NCBI GenBank assembly: GCA_903848235.1
Contig: CAINFV010000146.1
Location: 1-46,724, forward strand
DNA from: Chlamydiia bacterium
Lineage (GTDB): Bacteria; Chlamydiota; Chlamydiia; Chlamydiales; FEN-1388
Length of the DNA stretch: 46,724 nucleotides
Reading direction: 5' to 3'
This document shows, piece after piece, positions 1-7,456 of this stretch. Within the stretch, counting starts at the first letter, position 1. Every line of letters starts with the position of its first letter. A program made the translations under genes and the position numbers. Below the pieces are notes generated by a model. The model was not told the origin of the DNA and ran no database searches. It was given only the letters and a program-made list of their open reading frames with translations.

Positions 1-139
1 AGCATTTTTTGGGCACCGAGTTCGCAGAGGGTTGTCTCTCAGACGATTGCATTTATCATAGATCGGCCTGGGCAGGCCATCTATGATAAATGCAATCGTC
101 TGAGAGACAACGAATGCGAAATCGGTCTCAAAAAATGCT
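1..139. repeat. 139-bp near-complete palindrome (long hairpin) starting exactly at the window edge
   Basis: Arms 31-63 (gttgtctctcagacgattgcatttatcatagat) and 79-111 are perfect reverse complements around a 15-nt GC-rich loop that can itself pair (ggcctg/caggcc). Outer arms 1-30 and 112-139 pair imperfectly (agcattttttg... / ...caaaaaatgct). Confidence 0.9.
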
Positions 140-489
140 AAGGTCCAGTGGAAGGCTTTTCCCTCGAAGATGGGCTCAAAAAATTATCAAAGTCGAGCTT
201 AGGTTAGTTTGCACAATCTTTATACATTTTTGTTTTCTAAAGATACAATTAAGAAAATAAAACCTTGAGTTCAATAATGCCTCTAAAGATCATCCAGAGC
301 ATGGGCTTATAATAACTTGCTGCCAAATGAAGCCGTTTGGTAGAAACGTGATCGAAGGTGTTGCACAATGATGCAACGCTGGCGTCGATGTGAGCGACAC
401 AACAGATCGCGCTAATCGTTTTGTGATTTCGATCGGATGATTAACATCAGACGTATTTTACGTATCAGTAATAGTATGAGGGAATTTTT

Positions 490-864
490 ATGAGCACTTC
501 TACTGTAGGTGGATCGCCCGCTCTTGTAATCAATCTCGAGGGTCTTATCCCACCGCCACCCTTCTCGGGCAGTACAATTGGACAGTTAGGTGGATCATTG
601 ACCGAGGCTGTTGAAAAATTTCAAGCGATGGTCTTGAAGGTTCAAAATGTGGTACAGATGATCTTCGCCGAATTTCTGGGGCGGCTGTCTTCGATCATGT
701 CGTGTATGCAGTCGTTTAGCGTGTGCATTGGAAAGCTAGAAGAAGCGTTTTGTCCAAAGCCTATTGTATCACCTGCTCTTGGGGAAAGCCTCAAGGCGTT
801 CTTGGCCTCGTTGAACGCAACCCCCATTCCAGTCCAATCTCAACTAAGACCGCCAGTTTTATAA
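490..864 (+). CDS. Hypothetical 124-aa protein with no recognisable family
   Basis: ATG is preceded by gagggaattttt (a purine-rich RBS-like motif). The ORF ends 13 nt before a strong shared hairpin (877-907). The Pro-rich N-terminal region and helical middle match no motif I recognise. Confidence 0.4.
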   Translation: MSTSTVGGSPALVINLEGLIPPPPFSGSTIGQLGGSLTEAVEKFQAMVLKVQNVVQMIFAEFLGRLSSIMSCMQSFSVCIGKLEEAFCPKPIVSPALGESLKAFLASLNATPIPVQSQLRPPVL

Positions 865-876
865 CAGCATTTTCAC

Positions 877-907
877 ATTCTCTGGCACCATCCGCGTGCC
901 AGAGAAT
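877..907. terminator. Hairpin between convergent genes (possible bidirectional terminator)
   Basis: attctctggcac (877-888) and gtgccagagaat (896-907) form a perfect 12-bp stem with a 7-nt loop. It lies between the stop of ORF 490-864 (+) and the stop of the collagen-like gene at 927 (-). There is no clear U-tract. Confidence 0.5.
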
Positions 908-926
908 AATGTAGAGAGACTCCACA

Positions 927-1868
927 TCAGTTGATTTTGTGGATAGATACGTAGGCTGTGACTTTTACAGCTGGTGAAAGCTGCCCATAATCGTTGAAAT
1001 ATCCTAGGAGACCGGTCGGAAGTGTGAGAATCTGCAGGTTGACTAAATTCCCACTCGTGAGTGAGCGGACGATATGCTTCGTCCCAGTGCTGAGTGCGGT
1101 ATATGTATAGTTGGCCGGCGTCGGAGGAGATGTCCAAGGAGACCCAAAGATTGGAACGGGAAAGAGCTCATCGCCGACTGCGGCTGGAGCACTGGTTCCG
1201 GAGAAGAAAACCTCCATTGTGGCCGGAGGGCCAGAAAGCGCGGTTGCACCTGGAGGAAATAGGATCTGAACAAAGTAATCTATAGCATAGACGCCATCTA
1301 TGTTGATTGTGAAGGTGTTGGGGGTATCATTAAACGAGACGTTGTTGAAGTCTTCGTTCTCAATTTGAAGAGGGACGATAAATGGGACAGGCGAAATCTG
1401 AACGGCTGTCGCCCCTGTAGGGCCAGGAAGGATGGCGCTTCCAAACGCTGCTATTATTCCTGAGCCATCGGCTCCCGTTGCCCCTGTTGCCCCCGTTGCC
1501 CCTGTAGCCCCTGTTGCCCCCGTTGCCCCTGTTGCCCCAGTCACCCCTGTAGCACCTGTTGCCCCCGTCGCTCCAGTAATCGTTGCCCCAGTAGACCCTA
1601 GAGAACCGGTCGCCCCCATAGGCCCTGTGGCTCCTATGGCTCCGTTAGGCCCCTTAAAACCTTTCCGCCCCTTTTTTCCCCTTTTTCCCTTCTTCCCAGT
1701 TTCTCCCCTGTGCCCCTTTTCCCCTCTCCTCCCAACAGCACGATGCCATTTTGGCACGACGTCCGATTGATCCTTTTCATCGATAAACGGGGGATCTACA
1801 GCTTCTATGTGACACATTGAAGCAATGCAGGTCAGGAACAAAGCTAGTGTCTTGAGTCGGTTCATCAA
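927..1868 (-). CDS. Secreted collagen-like (Gly-X-Y) protein with a C-terminal globular domain (BclA/C1q-TNF-like jelly roll inferred)
   Basis: N-terminal signal peptide [23 protein letters not shown]. About 29 Gly-X-Y triplets follow ([43 protein letters not shown]...(GAT)n...GADGSG). A ~175-aa beta-rich C-terminal domain follows ([16 protein letters not shown]...). Paralog of ORF 3039-4028. Confidence 0.85.
   Translation of the reverse strand: MMNRLKTLALFLTCIASMCHIEAVDPPFIDEKDQSDVVPKWHRAVGRRGEKGHRGETGKKGKRGKKGRKGFKGPNGAIGATGPMGATGSLGSTGATITGATGATGATGVTGATGATGATGATGATGATGATGADGSGIIAAFGSAILPGPTGATAVQISPVPFIVPLQIENEDFNNVSFNDTPNTFTINIDGVYAIDYFVQILFPPGATALSGPPATMEVFFSGTSAPAAVGDELFPVPIFGSPWTSPPTPANYTYTALSTGTKHIVRSLTSGNLVNLQILTLPTGLLGYFNDYGQLSPAVKVTAYVSIHKIN
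1467..1733 (-). repeat. Coding tandem triplet/9-bp repeat tract (Gly-X-Y, mostly GAT = Gly-Ala-Thr)
   Basis: The plus strand shows reiterated gttgcccc[t/c]gt[t/a]gcccc units. These translate on the minus strand as [19 protein letters not shown]... Confidence 0.9.
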
Positions 1869-1992
1869 TCGACGAGGCTAAAGACCGTGACCTTTAGGTC
1901 ATGGAGGAAGCCTCGCTCCTTAGTTAATTGTTAAAAATGGGAGAGTTTCCCCCTCACAAAATGCCCTTAGGAGTCCAGTTAAACTTGACTCC

Positions 1993-2664
1993 TTACGGAA
2001 TCGTATAAAGTCTCCTCGACCTTGTCTTTTGTGGGTTTTTGTAGACATCCTCCATAAACGCCACCTGTTGAAAACCATACCCATCACCACGCTGAACAAT
2101 TTTGCAATGACGATGCGATATCCCCTGGATTAATCCTTGTGGGGTCTGTATGTTAAAATTGCCCGAGGAACGTACTGCAACACGGCCAACATAGGTTCCA
2201 GCCTTTTTTCCGGTCGGTACAAATGCTTTAGCTATATCACCTGTTTGGAATCCCTTGACTTGCTTTGTGCGCGGCAGATATCCGCGTGGAAACCCGTAGG
2301 CTGTCAGTCGAGTGCGTTGATAACAACCACGTCCTATCGCCTTGATTTTCAATACTGGTATTTGCCAATTGGTAACAGATTCGACATTCCCAACACATAT
2401 TGCATCAAGGGCATGCGTTTTGGGGATGGCCAGTCGCGAACGGTTCCATTTTGTTCTACCACCAGTACCTGTCTCCACTGGCAATCCTGTTTCTTTGAGG
2501 GCGCTGTACAGCGTCAAACGGGTGCTGTTGACTGCCGAGACGTCCTTGAGCGGCATTTTGGTTTTTGCGAGGATACACTGTAAGCGTTCGAGTAACAGCC
2601 TTGCTCGTTTTTCGCTGCATGGCATGAGCGCCTTGCCTTTCTTGTCCAACACAAATACGGCCAT
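1993..2664 (-). pseudogene. IscB-family (OMEGA RNA-guided nuclease) relic. The PLMP/RRXRR N-terminus is fused to the RuvC-III + C-terminal TAM-interaction region. RuvC-I/II, bridge helix and HNH are deleted, but the reading frame is still open.
   Basis: From ATG 2664 the translation is MAVFVLDKKGKALMPCSEKRARLLLER, the hallmark IscB N-terminus. It runs directly into ...ILAKTKMPLKDVSAVNSTR...GLPVETGTGGRTKWNRSRLAIPKTHALDAICVG...KGFQTGDIAKAFVPTGKKAGTYVGRVAVRSSGNFNIQT...GISHRHCKIVQRGDGYGF. This matches the post-HNH half of IscB proteins as I remember them. There is no GIDPG-type RuvC-I motif and no CxxC...HH HNH motif. Length is 223 aa, versus roughly 400-500 aa for intact IscB. Confidence 0.7.
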
Positions 2665-2960
2665 CTCATTTCTCAAAATAATCGCCCTTACGGGCCTTTT
2701 GTTACGCGCCCCTCAAGGGGGCGTCTCCCTTCGACACTGTTGTATATCGGCACGTGTTCTGATCTGTTTCGTGCTTACCCTATTGCTTGTCTACTACCAA
2801 AACTTCGAGAGGTCAGAACTAAGGAAGCATTCTGACGTCGGTCTTTGGCCTACATACAACGTAAGTTGCCTTTCGGCAACTAAAGTCTGGTCAACCAAGG
2901 CTTAAAAGTCTCCTTTCAAGCCTCTCCCTTTAGGGAGGGGTTGTTGACAGTCCCCTCAGA
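2665..2960 (-). ncRNA. Candidate omega-RNA remnant or IS200/IS605-type left end upstream of the IscB relic
   Basis: This ~300-nt non-coding stretch lies immediately 5' of the iscB-like start on the same strand, where omega-RNAs are encoded. It contains several GC-rich stem-loops: 2684-2695 gccc/gggc, 2707-2723 cgcccc/ggggcg, 2865-2880 gttgcc/ggcaac and 2921-2940 cctctccc/gggagggg. I cannot confirm homology to known omega-RNA models. Confidence 0.3.
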
Positions 2961-3001
2961 GTGATGCGATTTTCTGTCTCTTACGAAAAAACTATTGGAC
3001 T

Positions 3002-3032
3002 CGACCAAAGAGAAAGGTTCCCTCTTTGGTCG
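3002..3032 (-). terminator. Probable terminator of collagen-like gene 2
   Basis: cgaccaaagag (3002-3012) and ctctttggtcg (3022-3032) form a perfect 11-bp stem, 7 nt after the stop at 3039. On the minus strand a UUUUUU run follows about 10 nt after the stem. Confidence 0.5.
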
Positions 3033-3038
3033 TGAACG

Positions 3039-4028
3039 CTAGTTAATTTTGTTAATGGCTACATAGGCTACGATCTTCTCGGGAGCATTTGTGTCATATG
3101 CATCCAAATACGTTGGAAGGGGACCTGTCGGACCTGTTCCCAACTGCATCACCGGAAGTTGCGTAATCTGTAATCCAACTGTCGTATTTGGAATAAGATG
3201 TCGAACGATATGCCGTGTCCCAGAGCTTACTGCCGTATACGGAAAAGACAGATATATGGGAGGAGGGGAAGTCCAGGGAGAGTCGAAGATGGGAGTGGGC
3301 ACAAGTTCATCATCAACAACGTCGGGCAGTGAGCCAGTAGGGCCAGTAGTGCCAAAGACAATTTCCATAGTTACTGGAGGCCCAAAAATCGTAGGCCCTG
3401 TTGGTCCAGTAACGCCTGTGTTGTGAAGAACCTGCAGGAAGTAATCGATGGCATATTCCCCCTCAAGGTTAATCGTAAACTGTTTGCTACCGTTATCAAA
3501 GGTCATATTGTGTGGAGTAGGTTCGTCCGTGGATACAATGGGTACGGTGTAGGGCAGGCTCATAGTGGTTGGAAAGGCCCTTCCGCCCACTAAGGATGCA
3601 CTTCCAAATGCAGCGACAAAATCTAATCCAGTCGCTCCCGTCGTTCCTGTAGTTCCTGTAGTTCCTGTAGTTCCTGACATCCCCGTCGCCCCCGTCGCCC
3701 CTGTCGGCCCAGTCGCTCCCGTCGCCCCTGTCGCCCCTATCGCTCCCGTCGCCCCTGTTGCTCCCGTCGCCCCTGTCAGCCCTTCAATTCCACGATGCCC
3801 TCTTCTCCCTTGGCGGCCACGGAGACCCTGGGGCCCTGTGTCGCCTACTTGGCCACGGTGTCCTCTGTGTCCATCGTGTCCTTTGGGCCCTCTGTGAAGA
3901 ATACCCTTTTGAACCGTGTTTTTTTGATTGGAAGAACCATTTTGTAGAAATGGTGGGTCGACAGCCTCAGCTTTGCATACAGCAACACTGCAGATGAGAC
4001 AAAAAGCAAAGGTTCTTAGAGAATTCAT
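3039..4028 (-). CDS. Secreted collagen-like (Gly-X-Y) protein, paralog of 927-1868, with extra GPTG insertions in the globular domain
   Basis: Signal peptide [22 protein letters not shown] followed by the same VDPPF motif as the paralog. About 30 Gly-X-Y triplets follow ([46 protein letters not shown]...[18 protein letters not shown]). The C-terminal domain is colinear with the paralog ([17 protein letters not shown]..., [35 protein letters not shown]). Confidence 0.85.
   Translation of the reverse strand: MNSLRTFAFCLICSVAVCKAEAVDPPFLQNGSSNQKNTVQKGILHRGPKGHDGHRGHRGQVGDTGPQGLRGRQGRRGHRGIEGLTGATGATGATGAIGATGATGATGPTGATGATGMSGTTGTTGTTGTTGATGLDFVAAFGSASLVGGRAFPTTMSLPYTVPIVSTDEPTPHNMTFDNGSKQFTINLEGEYAIDYFLQVLHNTGVTGPTGPTIFGPPVTMEIVFGTTGPTGSLPDVVDDELVPTPIFDSPWTSPPPIYLSFPYTAVSSGTRHIVRHLIPNTTVGLQITQLPVMQLGTGPTGPLPTYLDAYDTNAPEKIVAYVAINKIN
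3621..3890 (-). repeat. Coding Gly-X-Y tandem repeat tract
   Basis: The plus strand shows reiterated gtcgc[c/t]cc[c/t]gt and gtagttcct units. These translate on the minus strand as [49 protein letters not shown]. Confidence 0.9.
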
Positions 4029-4314
4029 GGAGTGCCCCCAGAAAAAAAAGTAAATGATGTTTTCCCTTATTTCATCTCCTTTGTCAAGGGTTTTGTGGAC
4101 ACAGATGATTTGATGAGCGTTGTTTTGAGAGGGCTAGGCCCAAAATAATTTCGCTGAAAGAAGCTGAAGATCGCCTAGATCAGTTGCTTTTAACTAGGAA
4201 GCTCCGATTAAATTGAAAACCAGATTGCTGCCTATCTCGCGTTCAATAGTGTGTCCAGCAGCAAGGCCCAGCAATTTTTTTTTGGACGTTAAGAACAGAA
4301 GGTCTATTTTATAT

Positions 4315-5616
4315 ATGGCTATTCCATCCCCAACAGGGGTCTTTGACATTCTTCCCATCGTTCCGAATGATCCCTGGAGAGCTGTTCACCTGTGGCAGCA
4401 TGTTGAAGGCGTATGTAGACAGCTGGCGTCTGATTATGGCTTCTCGGAAATTCGAACACCGATGTTCGAGCGCGCAGAGCTCTTTCTTCGTAGCATTGGT
4501 GATGAGACAGATGTTGTTTCCAAGGAGATGTACATTTTCGAAGATCGGGGTGGGCGCCACCTAGCTCTTCGCCCGGAAGGAACAGCATCTGTCATCAGAG
4601 CCCTGGTGGCAGAAGGGGTCTTTACGCCTGTCCACGCGCTACGATATTTTTATATCGGCCCTATGTTTCGCTATGACAGACCTCAGGCAGGCAGATTTCG
4701 TCAGTTTCATCAATTTGGCGTTGAAGTATTCGGTGTCGGAGCTCCCGAGCAAGATGTTGAGCTGATCGCTATGATGATGCAGCTGTATGACCGACTGGGG
4801 ATTCCTCACTTGAAAGCTTACATCAATTCTCTTGGAGATCCTGTATGTCGCGCAACATTTCGTGAAGCTCTCATAAAATACCTCTCAGGGCATTTTTCGG
4901 CTATGTCTGAGGATAGCCAACGTCGGTTTGATAAAAACCCACTTCGCATCCTGGACTCGAAAGACCACGGAGATCAAGAGGTCGTTGCTGGGGCTCCTTC
5001 GATTCTCGACTTCCTCAGCACCGCTGATGCTGCTCATTTCCAACGTGTCCAAGAGCTTTTGACATCGCTTCAGATTCCATTTGAAGTCTCTCCGCTGCTT
5101 GTCAGAGGGTTGGATTATTATCAGAGCACGGTCTTTGAGGTAACATCAGGAAAGCTCGGCTCGCAGAATACGGTAGGCGGGGGAGGACGATATGATGGGC
5201 TCCTAAAACAGCTCGGAGGTCCCGACCTTCCATCAATTGGATATGCCTGCGGCATGGAACGAATTATCAACCTCATCCTCAAAGAGGGTGTCGGCGACAC
5301 CGTGGTAGCTCCGTCGCTGACGCTGGTCATTCTCCCTCTTGATGAGAAGGCGCGGACAAAAGCATTGTTATTAGCAGAAGCCCTTCGCCAAAAATCCGTC
5401 CGTACGCTCGTTGATTTTTCAGGAAAGAAAATCAAACAATCGATATCGGCTGCTGCAGAAGCAGGTGGAAAATGGCTTCTCGTTTTAGGAGAACGTGAAT
5501 TAGAAACAGGAAAAGGTTCTCTAAAGTATCTGGCAGATGGCTCTCAAACTGAGGTGGCATTGGACGAGCTCGATGTGCTCGTTCACTTCCTCAACTCTCG
5601 ACATGGTAAGGAGTAA
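4315..5616 (+). CDS. hisS: Histidine--tRNA ligase
   Basis: Class II HisRS motifs are present (...LRPEGTASVIRA..., FRYDRPQAGRFRQFHQFGVEVFG, GGGGRYDGL). I place the start at ATG 4315 (MAIPSPTGVFDILP). The TTG 4213 extension has no HisRS-like sequence. Confidence 0.95.
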   Translation: MAIPSPTGVFDILPIVPNDPWRAVHLWQHVEGVCRQLASDYGFSEIRTPMFERAELFLRSIGDETDVVSKEMYIFEDRGGRHLALRPEGTASVIRALVAEGVFTPVHALRYFYIGPMFRYDRPQAGRFRQFHQFGVEVFGVGAPEQDVELIAMMMQLYDRLGIPHLKAYINSLGDPVCRATFREALIKYLSGHFSAMSEDSQRRFDKNPLRILDSKDHGDQEVVAGAPSILDFLSTADAAHFQRVQELLTSLQIPFEVSPLLVRGLDYYQSTVFEVTSGKLGSQNTVGGGGRYDGLLKQLGGPDLPSIGYACGMERIINLILKEGVGDTVVAPSLTLVILPLDEKARTKALLLAEALRQKSVRTLVDFSGKKIKQSISAAAEAGGKWLLVLGERELETGKGSLKYLADGSQTEVALDELDVLVHFLNSRHGKE

Positions 5617-5624
5617 AGAATCTC

Positions 5625-7391
5625 ATGGCACCCGTCTTTCGTACGATGACCTGTGGTGAGGTGCGCCCCACACATGATGGGCAGCATGTCATTCTTTCAG
5701 GGTGGGTTCATAGAAGCCGAAATCTTGGCTCAATGGTCTTCATTGATCTTCGAGATCGGTACGGGATAACGCAGGTTATTTTCGATCCTCAGTATTCTCC
5801 GCAAGACGTGTATGAGCAGTCAAAGGACTTAGGCAATGAGTTCGTGGTGACTATCGAAGGCGATGTTGTCATGCGCCAGAGTCCGAACGCGAAGATTCCT
5901 ACAGGGCTTGTTGAGGTGAGAGCTCAAAAGCTTTCCGTTTTATCAGAAGCTGCTGTCCCTCCATTTCCAATCGCTGACGTGACAATAGAACCCCATGAAG
6001 AGCTGAGGTTAAAATATCGCTATCTGGACATGCGCAAAGGGACTATCATCCCCAACCTCATTATCCGTCATAAGACTATGCAAGCCGCCAGGGCAGCGTT
6101 AAGCGAGGAAGGGTTTACGGATGTGACGACGCCGGTCCTCAGCAAGGCGACTCCAGAGGGGTCTAGAGACTATCTCGTTCCTTCGAGGGTACATCCTGGG
6201 CAGTTCTATGCTCTTCCCCAATCACCTCAGATGTATAAACAGCTGTTGATGATGGGAGGCTTAGATCGGTATTTTCAGATAGCGACCTGTTGTAGAGATG
6301 AAGACTTGCGGGCTGACCGACAACCGGAGTTTCATCAGATTGATATTGAGATGAGCTTTGCTACTCGTGAGCAGCTGTTTCCAGTGGCGGAACGAGTCCT
6401 GCAAAGGGTTTTTCGTGAGTGCCGGGGAGTAGAGCTAAAAACTCCCTTTCGCCAGGTAACCTATCGAGAATGCATGGATAGATTTGGGTCAGATAAACCC
6501 GACCTTCGATTTGCCATGGAGCTGGTGAACGCAACGGACCTTGCGAAGAAAACGTCTTTTTCTGCCTTTTCAGAGGCCATTTCTGGCCAAGGAGAGATAC
6601 GGGGGCTGACGCTAAAGGGCGGGGCTTCGTTGAGCCGGAAGGGGATTGATGAATATCAGCAACTTGTTGCTCAGCTTTCCTTCAAAGGCCTTGCCTGGCT
6701 TCGGCTTCAGGACGGTGTTCTCCAAGGGAGCATTCTGAAGTTCATCGACACTCAGGATCATGCTGCATGGATTGAGAGATTTGCGATGGCTGATGGAGAC
6801 CTTTCGTTCATCCTTGCTGGACCTAAGAAGAGGCTGTTGCAGGCTTTAGATCAACTGCGACGCCGTCTTGCAAAAGATCATAACTTGATCGATACTTCTC
6901 GGTATGAACCCCTCTGGGTCATCGACTTTCCTCTTTTTAGTTGGAATGAAGAGGAACATAGACTGGAGTCTGAGAATCATCCGTTTACGTCGCCGCATTT
7001 CGACGACATCGATTTCCTTGAAAAGGATCCTCTTTCCGTACGATCGCTTGGATATGACTTAGTACTCAATGGATATGAACTCTCATCGGGCTCTCAACGT
7101 ATTCATGACAGCCGATTGCAAGACCGTATCTTCCATCTTTTGGGGTATACAGAGGAAGAGCGATTATTACGTTTTGGATTTTTTGTCGAAGCGTTAACGT
7201 ATGGGACGCCGCCACATATTGGCATGGCGTTAGGATTGGATCGTATTGTGATGATTTTAACAGGGACTGAGAACATACGTGATGTGGTGGCCTTCCCGAA
7301 AAACCAGAGGGCTGTCGATCTTATGACGGTGGCTCCATCTGAGGTTTCCCGGGAACAGCTCAAAGAGCTAGGAATTATGTTAGAGATATAG
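5625..7391 (+). CDS. aspS: Aspartate--tRNA ligase
   Basis: Bacterial-type AspRS: an OB-fold N-terminus, FRDEDLRADRQPEFHQIDIEMSF, GSQRIH and GLDRIVM motifs, and 588 aa. Confidence 0.96.
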   Translation: MAPVFRTMTCGEVRPTHDGQHVILSGWVHRSRNLGSMVFIDLRDRYGITQVIFDPQYSPQDVYEQSKDLGNEFVVTIEGDVVMRQSPNAKIPTGLVEVRAQKLSVLSEAAVPPFPIADVTIEPHEELRLKYRYLDMRKGTIIPNLIIRHKTMQAARAALSEEGFTDVTTPVLSKATPEGSRDYLVPSRVHPGQFYALPQSPQMYKQLLMMGGLDRYFQIATCCRDEDLRADRQPEFHQIDIEMSFATREQLFPVAERVLQRVFRECRGVELKTPFRQVTYRECMDRFGSDKPDLRFAMELVNATDLAKKTSFSAFSEAISGQGEIRGLTLKGGASLSRKGIDEYQQLVAQLSFKGLAWLRLQDGVLQGSILKFIDTQDHAAWIERFAMADGDLSFILAGPKKRLLQALDQLRRRLAKDHNLIDTSRYEPLWVIDFPLFSWNEEEHRLESENHPFTSPHFDDIDFLEKDPLSVRSLGYDLVLNGYELSSGSQRIHDSRLQDRIFHLLGYTEEERLLRFGFFVEALTYGTPPHIGMALGLDRIVMILTGTENIRDVVAFPKNQRAVDLMTVAPSEVSREQLKELGIMLEI

Positions 7392-7456
7392 GAAGAGTCT
7401 TTAAAAAAAGTCTCTCCAAAAATTTTTTTACTTTATACAAGGAGCTTTCGCGTCAT

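Noticed and set aside
1432-1770. 112-aa plus-strand ORF ([11 protein letters not shown]...) antisense to collagen-like gene 1. The similar ORF 3565-3897 lies antisense to gene 2.
   Set aside because: It is a reverse-frame artefact of the Gly-X-Y repeat DNA. It has no start context, whereas the minus-strand frames have signal peptides and conserved paralogous domains.
2342-2905. 187-aa plus-strand ORF that overlaps the IscB relic and its upstream region
   Set aside because: It lies antisense to a frame with clear IscB motifs. The translation is low-complexity, shows no homology and has no RBS.
927-4028. Diversity-generating retroelement (DGR) as the source of variation in the collagen-like C-terminal domains
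   Set aside because: The window contains no reverse transcriptase gene. I also saw no template/variable repeat pair with adenine-specific differences.
4213-4314. TTG-initiated 34-aa N-terminal extension of hisS
   Set aside because: The extension shows no HisRS similarity. The conserved HisRS N-terminus begins at ATG 4315.
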